Source: a virus
Lineage: Duplodnaviria > Caudoviricetes
Direction: 5' to 3' (one strand)
Virus record (IMG/VR): IMGVR_UViG_3300021254_000033
Coordinates: 14,586-78,585 of that record
Length of the DNA: 64,000 bases
Shown here: positions 50,593 to 59,201 of the stretch, piece by piece
How positions within the stretch are numbered: the first letter of the stretch is position 1
How the letters are laid out: each line of letters opens with the position of its first letter
The notes under the pieces: generated by a model
The model's database searches: none
What the model was told of the DNA's origin: nothing
What the model saw: only the letters and a program-made list of their open reading frames with translations
Made by a program: the position numbers and the translations under genes

Positions 50593-52137
50593 ATGAATAA
50601 AGAAAAAATTTTAGAATACGTAACAAAAACTCCAGAAAATACGAATAGAAACGTATTAGGGAGTATGTTAGATCAATTTGCAAAAGATAGTGGTGGCGGA
50701 GATAAAACTGCTGAAAAAACCGTCAATTTCTATGACTATGACGGGGAAGTTTTACACTCCTACACTGCCGATGAATTTCTCGCATTAAAGCAGATGCCAG
50801 AGAATCCGACTCATGATGGGCTTACATCTCAAGGTTGGAACTGGTCATTAGAGGATGCACAGGCTTATGTTCAAGAGTATAGAATGTTGAACATTGGTCA
50901 AACTTATATTACATCTGATGGAAAAACTAGAATCCATATTAAGTTGTATGCTGGAAGATTATCTCCTTATTTAGGTATTAATTTAAATGGAACAGCAGAA
51001 GTCGATTGGGGAGACGGAAGTGCAATTGATACTATGGTTGGTACTTCTTTAGATGATCTTACTACTCTTAAACATATTTACGCATCAGAAGGTGAATATG
51101 TTATAACTCTGAATATAATAGATGGGATGTTTGAAATTCGTGGATTAAGTTCTAAAACTCGTTTGTTGAATAACGAAGATTCTGCAACAACAAGTATCTA
51201 TGATTTTAAATGTATTGATAAAGTATTTGTTGGTGATTTTATTAATTGTATTAGTCCTAATGCGTTTAATTATTGTAGTGGTTTAACAAACATCACTATT
51301 CCAAAGGGTATTACAAGTATAGGACAAAATGCGTTTAGTAATTGTTACAAATTAACAAGCATCACTATTCCAGAGGGTGTTACAAACATAGGACAAGCTG
51401 CGTTTAATTATTGTAGTGGTTTAACAAGTGTAATTATTCCAGATGGTATTACAAGCATAGGACAATCTGCGTTTGATTCTTGTAGTGGTTTAACAAGCAT
51501 CACTATTCCAGGAAGTGTTACAAACATAGGACAAAATGCGTTTAGTAATTGTTACAATTTAACAAGCATCACTATTCCAGAGGGTGTTACAAGCATAGGA
51601 CAATCTGCGTTTAATTTTTGTAGTGGTTTAACAAGCATCACTATTCCAGGAAGTGTTACAAACATAGGACAAAATGCGTTTGATTCTTGTAGGAGTTTAA
51701 CAAGCATCACTATTCCAGGAAGTGTTACAAGCATAAACGCACAGGCGTTTGGTAATTGTAGGGGTTTAACAAGTGTAATTATTTCAGATGGTGTTACAAA
51801 CATAGGACAAGCTGCGTTTAATTATTGTAGTGGTTTAACAAGCATCACTATTCCACAAAGTGTTACAAGCATAGGGGTGTCTGCGTTTAGTGGTTGTAGG
51901 AGTTTAACAAGCATCACTATTCCAGAAAGTGTTACAAGCATAAACGCACAGGCGTTTAGTAATTGTTACAGTATGGGCGAATATCATATTCTTTCAACTA
52001 CCCCTCCAAATATTTACACAAATACATTTTCCGTGATTCCAGGAGATTGTAAAATCTTTGTTCCAGCACAATCGGTTGATACCTATAAAAGTGCGACTAA
52101 TTGGAGTACATATGCTTCTAAAATAGTTGGAGAATAA
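50593..52137 (+). CDS. BspA-type leucine-rich repeat (LRR_5) protein
   Basis: Eleven 23-aa AFxxCxxLTSITIPxxVTxIG repeats; N-terminal tag and VNFYDYDG module. Confidence 0.9.
   Translation: MNKEKILEYVTKTPENTNRNVLGSMLDQFAKDSGGGDKTAEKTVNFYDYDGEVLHSYTADEFLALKQMPENPTHDGLTSQGWNWSLEDAQAYVQEYRMLNIGQTYITSDGKTRIHIKLYAGRLSPYLGINLNGTAEVDWGDGSAIDTMVGTSLDDLTTLKHIYASEGEYVITLNIIDGMFEIRGLSSKTRLLNNEDSATTSIYDFKCIDKVFVGDFINCISPNAFNYCSGLTNITIPKGITSIGQNAFSNCYKLTSITIPEGVTNIGQAAFNYCSGLTSVIIPDGITSIGQSAFDSCSGLTSITIPGSVTNIGQNAFSNCYNLTSITIPEGVTSIGQSAFNFCSGLTSITIPGSVTNIGQNAFDSCRSLTSITIPGSVTSINAQAFGNCRGLTSVIISDGVTNIGQAAFNYCSGLTSITIPQSVTSIGVSAFSGCRSLTSITIPESVTSINAQAFSNCYSMGEYHILSTTPPNIYTNTFSVIPGDCKIFVPAQSVDTYKSATNWSTYASKIVGE
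51262..51975 (+). repeat. 69-bp coding tandem repeat array (10 full units plus 1 partial)
   Basis: GCGTTT unit starts at 51262, 51331 ... 51952, exact 69-nt period. Confidence 0.95.
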
Positions 52138-52155
52138 AATAAATAGATATTATAA

Positions 52156-52181
52156 AGACCCTCAACTGAGGGTCTCTTTTT
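52156..52181. terminator. Terminator between convergent genes
   Basis: AGACCCTCA/TGAGGGTCT stem plus T-run. Confidence 0.8.
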
Positions 52182-53241
52182 ATTCCCAACTATAAACTTT
52201 TCTCTTTCTCTTCTTCGTTCCTCTTGTCCAAATCAATAACTCTTTCGCTCTTGTCGCTGCAACATAACTAATACATTTTTCTTCTAAATTAAAAAACTTC
52301 GCGCCAACAACAACAACACATCTATTCTCCAACCCTTTCGCCTGATGGATGGTCAAAACTTTCACACTATCTTGCCGCATCCTTTCAATAAATTCTGCTC
52401 TATCTAAATCCGCTCGTCTAAAATTATCAGTTGGTATTTTCTCCGCCTGTAAATATGATAAAGCATCTTTTACTTGATTATTAGTGCGACATAAAATAAA
52501 CCAATCCCCGTATTTGTATCCTTTTTCATGCAGTATTTTAATCCATTGTACAACTGAAGAATACTCCAACTCTTCTTCCCATACGTCTCCCATTGATAAC
52601 GCTCGGGTAATACTGTTATCAGTGTACTGATACCCCGCTTGCTGGATAATTCTTTTTGCAAAATTCAGAATATTTCCACCACATCTAAAATTCTCATTGA
52701 GCTGATATACAGTAACATCTGATTGATTCATTAATTCAAAAATATACTCTGGATCTGCATTATTAAACCTATAAATACATTGTCTACCATCAAAGAAAAT
52801 CATCCACTGCTCAGGTTTAATCATATCAAGCATAAATTCAAACTGATTAGGTGGTGAATCCTGTGTTTCATCAATGAGCATATATCTTACTGTATGAATA
52901 CATTTAGGATGTTTTTTTACTAACTCAAAGAGGTCATCAAAATTTTCCTGTTCAATAGCCTCACTCGTATCCACACCATATGCTCGTAGAAAATGCGCTG
53001 CCAAAGAGTGGATTGTTCCCACAAAAAGTCCCTGCGGCCGCCCAATACGTTCCATAATTTCTTCAGCCGCAGCGTTAGTAAAAGTAATTGCAACAATATC
53101 TTCAGCTTTATATCCATTCTGTAAAAGATATTTAATTCTTTCAACTAAACATCTTGTTTTTCCGCTTCCCGCGGCAGACTGTACAACGATGTATGGTTCT
53201 TTTGCTTCAACTATTTCCTTCTGCTTTTTTGTTAATTCCAT
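52180..53241 (-). CDS. Compact UvrD/Rep-like SF1A helicase
   Basis: AAGSGKT, AITFTNAAA, TIHS, DETQD, QCIY.F, ENFRC, TIHQAKGLE, YVAATRA. Confidence 0.9.
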   Translation of the reverse strand: MELTKKQKEIVEAKEPYIVVQSAAGSGKTRCLVERIKYLLQNGYKAEDIVAITFTNAAAEEIMERIGRPQGLFVGTIHSLAAHFLRAYGVDTSEAIEQENFDDLFELVKKHPKCIHTVRYMLIDETQDSPPNQFEFMLDMIKPEQWMIFFDGRQCIYRFNNADPEYIFELMNQSDVTVYQLNENFRCGGNILNFAKRIIQQAGYQYTDNSITRALSMGDVWEEELEYSSVVQWIKILHEKGYKYGDWFILCRTNNQVKDALSYLQAEKIPTDNFRRADLDRAEFIERMRQDSVKVLTIHQAKGLENRCVVVVGAKFFNLEEKCISYVAATRAKELLIWTRGTKKRKRKVYSWE

Positions 53242-53440
53242 TATTATTTATCTCTCTTTTCAGTTCTTCTTCAATCATGCGGTCAATCATCTTTTCTTTA
53301 TACATATAATAAGCATAATCGTACGCTTGATCGCATTCACAACATTCTTTAAGTTCACAGGATGGTTCATAGGCTGGACAATTATTAAGTACAAAATCCA
53401 GTATTTCAATGAACTCCTTGTTTTTTTCTAACTTGGTCAT
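53207..53440 (-). CDS. Small Cys-rich hypothetical protein
   Basis: 77 aa; overlapping operon arrangement. Confidence 0.45.
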   Translation of the reverse strand: MTKLEKNKEFIEILDFVLNNCPAYEPSCELKECCECDQAYDYAYYMYKEKMIDRMIEEELKREINNNGINKKAEGNS

Positions 53441-53648
53441 TTAACTCTCCTCTTTTCTCAAGAAGTTTCTGCAATAACTCACATTTCTCTTCAAGTGAAG
53501 CGATTGTTTCACTTTGAAGTTTAATAATCTGCGCCTGAGTGTCTTTAATTTGCGTAAGCACCTTGATTTTCTGAGTGCATTCCTCTAATAAAGAAATACT
53601 TTTCCGTGTTAATTCTTGAGAACGGTTCAAAACCTGGTTCATATCCAT
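53406..53648 (-). CDS. Small coiled-coil protein
   Basis: 80 aa, heptad-like pattern. Confidence 0.5.
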   Translation of the reverse strand: MDMNQVLNRSQELTRKSISLLEECTQKIKVLTQIKDTQAQIIKLQSETIASLEEKCELLQKLLEKRGELNDQVRKKQGVH

Positions 53649-53669
53649 AGCATCCTACCTTTCTTTCCT

Positions 53670-54071
53670 CTACGGAACTTCTGGAGTTAAATAATCATTA
53701 TGCCATTTAGATTTTACTCTAAATTCATCTTTAATTATATTATCAAAATTTTGAATAAATTTCAATTTCCAATAGGGTATTCTATAAAGAGGAATTTCCG
53801 AAGCCAAACAAAAAGAATTTTTTAATCTATCATTTTCTTGCTGTTTAAGAAGAGCTTCACGCCCTCTAATAGGTTTCCAGTGGTATTCGCCATCCATCTC
53901 AACGATAATATTCAATTCTGGTAAATAGAAGTCAAAACGAAAAATACCTTTATTTCTTCTTAAATCTTTAAAGGTTTTTTCTCGCTCTACTTCTATTTTT
54001 TCTTTTCTGAAAATTTCTAATAAACGTTCCTCATAGCTACTCGTTACCAAAACATTTCTCCCAGGTTGCAT
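53670..54071 (-). CDS. DUF559/Vsr-like PD-(D/E)xK endonuclease
   Basis: FRFDFYLP..IVEMDGEYH..D..KN..C..LYRI pattern; exact start uncertain. Confidence 0.75.
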   Translation of the reverse strand: MQPGRNVLVTSSYEERLLEIFRKEKIEVEREKTFKDLRRNKGIFRFDFYLPELNIIVEMDGEYHWKPIRGREALLKQQENDRLKNSFCLASEIPLYRIPYWKLKFIQNFDNIIKDEFRVKSKWHNDYLTPEVP

Positions 54072-55146
54072 CTTGAATGGTTAAATCATCTCTAAATTGA
54101 ACAAATTTTCCATGACGAAGTGCATGAGTATCTTCCATGATTTCCATTGCTGTTACTTCAATAACCCTTCCTTTATACTGTTCAGGATTAGCCTTAATTT
54201 CTTCTGTTAAACCACTTAAGAAACCAATAGGAACCACCTTATCGCCTTTTACTAAGCCAATTTCTAAACTTCCTGCCCAGTTATGGAAATATGGTTTTGT
54301 TACTGGTTCAATCGCGGCGCCTTTTGCATAATCAGCATAATAATCTCCTTCCTTTTTCTCTCCAGTTTTTACATCTTCCCAATATCGCCAAGTTTCAATA
54401 CTTTTACCTTCATATAATCTTGAAGGTGGAGTGTAATGACCAGTAAAAATACAGTCGATTGTTTTGTTAATTTCTTTTTTAATTTTAATGCTCATTCTTG
54501 CAGGAGTTCTTTTAAAATAGATGGGGCAATCTTTATGTGTAATAACAACTCCCTCACGGCCGCTCTCTAAATATTCACCAATTTTATCCCACAATTCACT
54601 ACCATTAAAATATTCAGCATACTCAACATAAGGATTAATAAATTCTTCAGAAATTGTCTTTAATTTATTAAAACGATCAAGCGCGGGAGTATCTACCATA
54701 TTTTCTCCATCCCATGCGCAAATATCAAAGATATAGAAATGGAGTTTTTGGTTCTTTTCTTGTCTTGCAATACATTTATCTTTTAAACACCCCAAAAGAG
54801 AGGTAATTTTTTTGCTTCCTTCGTTTCCAGGCAAATAAGTTTCACAAAGAAGAACTGATCCGTTAGGAAGTGACTCCATATATGAATGAAGTTGTGGAAC
54901 CCACTCATATTTATTCACTGCCTCACCTTTTACGTTCTTATTTCGAGCAATCATAAAACAGTTTCCATCTTCATCCTTTACAAGTCTTTGATAGTATCCA
55001 TCTACTTTTAATGCACCGTAATAATCTCCACTAAAAATATAATTTCTAATTTCTTCTTTACTATTTTTCTTATAAGAAGATGGATAGCTCCAATAAAGCA
55101 TACTATTTGCATTTACCCAATCAATATCTTTAATATATCCGTTCAT
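54037..55146 (-). CDS. ATP-dependent DNA ligase
   Basis: KVDG adenylation motif, FYIFDI, EGVVI, IKIK, LRHGKF. Confidence 0.9.
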   Translation of the reverse strand: MNGYIKDIDWVNANSMLYWSYPSSYKKNSKEEIRNYIFSGDYYGALKVDGYYQRLVKDEDGNCFMIARNKNVKGEAVNKYEWVPQLHSYMESLPNGSVLLCETYLPGNEGSKKITSLLGCLKDKCIARQEKNQKLHFYIFDICAWDGENMVDTPALDRFNKLKTISEEFINPYVEYAEYFNGSELWDKIGEYLESGREGVVITHKDCPIYFKRTPARMSIKIKKEINKTIDCIFTGHYTPPSRLYEGKSIETWRYWEDVKTGEKKEGDYYADYAKGAAIEPVTKPYFHNWAGSLEIGLVKGDKVVPIGFLSGLTEEIKANPEQYKGRVIEVTAMEIMEDTHALRHGKFVQFRDDLTIQDATWEKCFGNE

Positions 55147-55156
55147 TTTATCTCCT

Positions 55157-55693
55157 TTATTTCTCTTTTACCTCTAAACCAATAACTTCCAAAAAGAGTC
55201 TTGCTTGTCTTCGAAGTTTTTCTTTTGAACCATTATTCCACAATTCAAAATCATAGTTATAATTCAGAATATCTTTATCTGCATGATTACTTGTTGGAAG
55301 ACATTCAGCTTCTTCTCTTCTCAATAATAGTGTAATAGCATTTTCTCTTTTTGCAAATTTTTCTATCTCTTTTGGCTCTCTAACGTGAACAAAAGCCACT
55401 GCATTATCTGTTCCTAAATTAAATTGTCTGAAAGTATATCTCCATTCGTCAATTTTTTTCATGACATCATTATAAGGTATATCTTTCCAATTTGTCAGTG
55501 CATCTTTTAAATCACTTAAAAATTTTCTATCTTCAGGAGTTTTTTGACCATTCCAACCCAATTCTTTTGCAATTTCTTTTACACAATCTACTGTAGAAAA
55601 AACTGACACATAACCTTTTATTTCTTGTTTACAATATTCACAAAATAAATCCTTTCCTGCCATCGGCGCGCCATTAATACATACTATTTTCAT
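55157..55693 (-). CDS. P-loop nucleotide kinase-like protein
   Basis: INGAPMAGKD Walker A; HVREP..E motif of phage dNMP-kinase-like proteins. Confidence 0.65.
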   Translation of the reverse strand: MKIVCINGAPMAGKDLFCEYCKQEIKGYVSVFSTVDCVKEIAKELGWNGQKTPEDRKFLSDLKDALTNWKDIPYNDVMKKIDEWRYTFRQFNLGTDNAVAFVHVREPKEIEKFAKRENAITLLLRREEAECLPTSNHADKDILNYNYDFELWNNGSKEKLRRQARLFLEVIGLEVKEK

Positions 55694-56172
55694 TCTTCAT
55701 CCTCTCTATTATTTACCCAATTTTGAATTAATTTTGCTTCTACTGCCATTTTATCAACCATATTATTATACTCATCATTTGAATGACCCTTTACTTTTAT
55801 AAAGGTAAAACGATCATCTTCAAAGAAGGGGATAAGTAGCTCCCATAGTTCTTTATTTTTTACTGGTTGATTTTTAGAATTAATCCATCCATTTACCATC
55901 CACTTTTTGTACCATTGTTGTTTATAACAATTAATACAATAAGCACTATCACTATAGACTTCTATTTTTGACTCTGAAGGATACTCTTCTTCTATACGCT
56001 GACATCCTCTTATAATAGCTGTCATTTCACACTCATTATTAGTTGATTGAGGAAGCGCCCAGCCGTGAGAAAAGGTAATTTCTTCGTCTTTTAAAATTAG
56101 ATATGCACACCCACCCATTGCATTTTCATAACCATTATTTGAAACTGCTCCATCAGTGTACATTTTTACCAT
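55690..56172 (-). CDS. rnhA: Ribonuclease HI
   Basis: YTDGA, TNNECEM, YSDSAY, KN.ELW, KVKGHS..N..VD; start moved to ATG 56172. Confidence 0.92.
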   Translation of the reverse strand: MVKMYTDGAVSNNGYENAMGGCAYLILKDEEITFSHGWALPQSTNNECEMTAIIRGCQRIEEEYPSESKIEVYSDSAYCINCYKQQWYKKWMVNGWINSKNQPVKNKELWELLIPFFEDDRFTFIKVKGHSNDEYNNMVDKMAVEAKLIQNWVNNREDEE

Positions 56173-56551
56173 AATAGATTCCCTCCTTTGAATAATAGGC
56201 TTGGTAAATTTCTTTAAAAATACTTGGCTCAACATGGAATTCTTTGCTTTCAAAATTTCCAATGTCTTGAACTGGAATTGGAGTTCCTGCTTCTTTTTTG
56301 TACCAGCAAATTTGCTTTCTACTTTTTCCTAATTTTAATAATAAATAATTAAATAAGTTTGTTTTTATCATTATTTTTTTATTGGTAAAAGCAGATACGC
56401 TTTTTGCTACCTCAAAAAAGACTTTACTTATATAATTTTTATTATAATCATCTAAAATTATGAACTTTTTATTATCACTTTCAATAAAAATATTTGTATA
56501 CGTTGCCGCAACGATTCTATCATATAATTCATATTGATTTTGCATTATCAT
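56153..56551 (-). CDS. Hypothetical protein
   Basis: 132 aa; first gene of the leftward operon, GGAGG RBS. Confidence 0.55.
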   Translation of the reverse strand: MIMQNQYELYDRIVAATYTNIFIESDNKKFIILDDYNKNYISKVFFEVAKSVSAFTNKKIMIKTNLFNYLLLKLGKSRKQICWYKKEAGTPIPVQDIGNFESKEFHVEPSIFKEIYQAYYSKEGIYYGKNVH

Positions 56552-56579
56552 TAACCTATTCCTCCTATTATATATATTT

Positions 56580-56608
56580 ATTATACTACTTTTTTAGAAA
56601 AAGTACAA
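56580..56608 (-). promoter_or_regulatory. sigmaA-type leftward promoter
   Basis: TTGTAC-N17-TATAAT. Confidence 0.75.
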
Positions 56609-56706
56609 ATTTTTTTATATTATTTAGAATTTGATTTTTTTTATTAATTAATTAAAATCGTACACGCGTGCGCGCATTAATTATAATAGGAAGAAACAGG
56701 GGAAAT

Positions 56707-56735
56707 TTGATTTTTTTTAAAAAAATTGATATAAT
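56707..56735 (+). promoter_or_regulatory. sigmaA-type rightward promoter
   Basis: TTGATT-N17-TATAAT. Confidence 0.8.
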
Positions 56736-56768
56736 TTTAATATAAAATGAAGTTGAGAGGGGATTCTA

Positions 56769-57089
56769 ATGGCACGAGTAACAATGACACCCGAAAAGAT
56801 TATAGAGGTAAATGAGCTGTACTTGAAATTGGGTACATATTCTGCTGTTAGTAGAGAATTAGGTGGTAGCCCAAGTCCTTCAACAGTAAAGAAATATATT
56901 ATCCCTAATTATGTAAGTAAAAAGGATATTTCCGCAGCGAGAAGAACTTATCATATAGAGGATTTACCTGATTTCGATATTAAGGAATACGTTGACCTAA
57001 TTAAAAGTAATAATTGGGGAGAGGTGTGCGTTTTATCCGAAGAGGAAAATGCTGAAGTTGAAGAATTATGGAAGGAGTTAGAATATTGA
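56769..57089 (+). CDS. Helix-turn-helix protein
   Basis: ELYLKLGTYSAVSRELG..PSTVKKY HTH-like segment. Confidence 0.6.
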   Translation: MARVTMTPEKIIEVNELYLKLGTYSAVSRELGGSPSPSTVKKYIIPNYVSKKDISAARRTYHIEDLPDFDIKEYVDLIKSNNWGEVCVLSEEENAEVEELWKELEY

Positions 57090-57466
57090 TTAAGGTTTTT
57101 TATTATGATGAATCTCCAGTTAACCCTCCTTATGGTATTCTTCGAGTGGATGTAGAAAAAATTCCGCATGGTAAGATGAGTGGTAGCTGGAATATTCTGC
57201 CGGCGCGCCTTCTGGGTATTAATTATGCAGATTATCTACGTTTTTGTAGAGATGTTCTTAATGCTCAAATTGTAGGGAAAAATACAAAATACCCAATTCC
57301 TTATTTTAGACAATCAAATGAAACACAACAATTTATTCGCTTATTAAATAAGAGAGTAGAATTACTTTTTTGGGAACGGGATCATCCTACTTTTTGGGAT
57401 AGAGTTTCTGAAAAAGAATTTGAAGAAGAATATGTAAAAGTTTGGGAGCAAACCAATCGAAAGTAA
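57068..57466 (+). CDS. Hypothetical protein
   Basis: ~130-aa ORF; start may be TTG 57086. Confidence 0.55.
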   Translation: MEGVRILIKVFYYDESPVNPPYGILRVDVEKIPHGKMSGSWNILPARLLGINYADYLRFCRDVLNAQIVGKNTKYPIPYFRQSNETQQFIRLLNKRVELLFWERDHPTFWDRVSEKEFEEEYVKVWEQTNRK

Positions 57467-57497
57467 TTTATTTTGTAAGCTATCTAAATATTATATA

Positions 57498-57550
57498 GAG
57501 GGGAGAAGTGCTTTATCCTTTCCTTTCCTTTCCACTTCTCCCCTCATTTT
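57498..57550 (+). other. 13-bp hairpin with 22-nt pyrimidine loop
   Basis: GAGGGGAGAAGTG/CACTTCTCCCCTC perfect stem; loop CTTTATCCTTTCCTTTCCTTTC. Confidence 0.75.
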
Positions 57551-57551
57551 G

Positions 57552-57621
57552 ATTATGTAATCGCACCATTGACAGTCACAAGTCTGTAAAATCTTTATTA
57601 AGTGAAGCGAGAGTGCATAGT
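57552..57621 (+). ncRNA. Twister self-cleaving ribozyme, type P1
   Basis: P1 ATTATG/CATAGT; UAA; P2 TCGC/GCGA; P4 ACAG/CTGT with loop TCACAAGT; pseudoknots AC:GT and CAC:GTG; conserved GAG. Confidence 0.88.
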
Positions 57622-57624
57622 GAG

Positions 57625-57654
57625 AACTTTCATTGGTTAATGAAAGTTTTTTTT
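57625..57654 (+). terminator. Intrinsic terminator immediately after the ribozyme
   Basis: AACTTTCATT-GGTT-AATGAAAGTT plus T6. Confidence 0.7.
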
Positions 57655-57680
57655 ATTATTCTTTAGGGAGGAGATACAAA

Positions 57681-57881
57681 ATGACAAGAGATCACTTAAG
57701 AAAAGTTGGTGAATTTTATATTCATTTAAGTAAAAAAATGCCAGATGATTGGTTTGCTGAAAATGATATGATGACTACTATTGCTGCTTTTTCGATTATC
57801 TATGGTGGATTAATAAGTCAAGAGCTGTCGCCAGAGGCACTGTTCGGAGAAATGGGGAAAAATGTTTGTATTGAAGGATAG
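57681..57881 (+). CDS. Hypothetical protein
   Basis: Start moved to ATG 57681 (GGGAGGAG RBS). Confidence 0.55.
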   Translation: MTRDHLRKVGEFYIHLSKKMPDDWFAENDMMTTIAAFSIIYGGLISQELSPEALFGEMGKNVCIEG

Positions 57882-57901
57882 GTTTAAAAAGGAGATATAA
57901 A

Positions 57902-58072
57902 ATGACAATAGGATTAATAAGAATGATTATTCAAGTAATATTAATTGTTGCATTAATTATTAATATTATATATACATATAAACTTGTTAAAGCCTATAAG
58001 ACAAACACAGAGGTTTGTACTTTTTTATTAAAAAGTTGGAAAGAAAAAGGAGTTTATAAGGAAGAAAAATAA
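57902..58072 (+). CDS. Small single-pass membrane protein (56 aa, not in ORF track)
   Basis: MTIGLIRMIIQVILIVALIINIIYTYKLV hydrophobic stretch; AAGGAG RBS; TAATG overlap with next gene. Confidence 0.65.
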   Translation: MTIGLIRMIIQVILIVALIINIIYTYKLVKAYKTNTEVCTFLLKSWKEKGVYKEEK

Positions 58073-58374
58073 TGATGGGAGCAGAAAAAACGCTTGTTAG
58101 TGTCAACAAAGGAGAAGACGCATATAGCGTTATTGGTGATTATATTTTGAATCACATAACAGCCATCGAAGATATGATTGCGGTCATTCAGATCAATGGC
58201 GTAATAATAAAAGAATTGTATATGGTCGATGTGGACGTTGATGGGTATTTCTATTGGAAAAGTGATTGGTGGGAAGGAGAAGAGGATGTAAATTTACTTG
58301 ATTTCTTTCCAGTAAGTGACGCGGAAAGATTCAAATGGATCTCAGTTTACGTTTTTGTCAATAGTGTGAAATGA
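58072..58374 (+). CDS. Hypothetical protein
   Basis: 100-aa acidic ORF, DWWEGE motif. Confidence 0.55.
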   Translation: MMGAEKTLVSVNKGEDAYSVIGDYILNHITAIEDMIAVIQINGVIIKELYMVDVDVDGYFYWKSDWWEGEEDVNLLDFFPVSDAERFKWISVYVFVNSVK

Positions 58375-58390
58375 AGGTGGAGATAATAAA

Positions 58391-58795
58391 ATGAAAGGTT
58401 TGTTTATACCAGGAATGACAGTGGAAAAGTTCCGCAATAAATGTTTTGAATCAATCGAGACTCTTATAGCAGAAGATGAAATTTTCGATATTGACTATGA
58501 TCCAAGACATATTCCAGCTATCAGAGATAAGCTATGGGAAATTCAACAATGTTCAAACTGCGTTTTAAATTCAAAAAAGAAAATAGTGGAAATAGAGCCG
58601 CCATGGATTCCTATCTCTAAGGATCTACCAAAGATAGGAAGGCGGGTATTAGTTACAAGGGAATGGGAAGGAGACCGCTACATTGAAAAAGACATGAGGC
58701 TCAAATACTCATGGATGGAAGACGAAATTTGCGGTGGCAAGGTGGTAGCCTGGAGGGCGTTACCAAAGCCTTATCAAGGCGGTGATGATGAATGA
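58391..58795 (+). CDS. Hypothetical protein with C-terminal DUF551-like domain
   Basis: WIPISKDLP..VLVT..VVAWRALP. Confidence 0.6.
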   Translation: MKGLFIPGMTVEKFRNKCFESIETLIAEDEIFDIDYDPRHIPAIRDKLWEIQQCSNCVLNSKKKIVEIEPPWIPISKDLPKIGRRVLVTREWEGDRYIEKDMRLKYSWMEDEICGGKVVAWRALPKPYQGGDDE

Positions 58796-58971
58796 GCGTC
58801 AGTAGAAAAGATATTGCAGAAGTAAACGGAGTCGAAGAATCAGTGGTTAAGTGCGAGAATTGTGCAAAACTTCCACAGTTTCCGTTTAATAAGGAGTGCA
58901 AATTATGGTACGTACTGGTCTTTCCAACAGACTTTTGCCCTTTTTGGAGGAAGAGAGGCGACGCTGAATGA
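58792..58971 (+). CDS. Small Cys-rich protein (59 aa, not in ORF track)
   Basis: VKCENC..C..DFCPFW; ATGA overlaps at both ends. Confidence 0.65.
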   Translation: MSVSRKDIAEVNGVEESVVKCENCAKLPQFPFNKECKLWYVLVFPTDFCPFWRKRGDAE

Positions 58972-59201
58972 ACGAAAACGAAGAATTGAAAAGTGCTTAT
59001 TATAGTGGATGGGTTAACGCTATTAACTACGTCATTAAGCACGAACTATTCATGGAACCAAAGAAGGGCAGATGGGTGGATATAGTTGAGATGGATAGCG
59101 GAGGGTATCCGTTTAAGGTTGGTGTGTGTTGCTCGGCTTGTGGACTTGAAACATTGAGCGAAGATAACTACTGCCCGAACTGCGGTGCGAAGATGAGGTG
59201 A
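58968..59201 (+). CDS. Zn-ribbon protein
   Basis: GRW..CSACG..YCPNCGAKM. Confidence 0.7.
   Translation: MNENEELKSAYYSGWVNAINYVIKHELFMEPKKGRWVDIVEMDSGGYPFKVGVCCSACGLETLSEDNYCPNCGAKMR

Noticed and set aside
51262-51975. CRISPR array
   Set aside because: Repeats are contiguous, in-frame 69-bp coding units with no unique spacers; no cas genes seen.
563-53431. Numerous 60-110 aa antisense or alternate-frame ORFs nested in long genes
   Set aside because: They are shadows of well-supported genes, without RBSs or motifs.
57569-57574. TTGACA as a -35 promoter element
   Set aside because: No -10 hexamer at 16-18 bp; the sequence is explained as the junction and P4 of the twister ribozyme.
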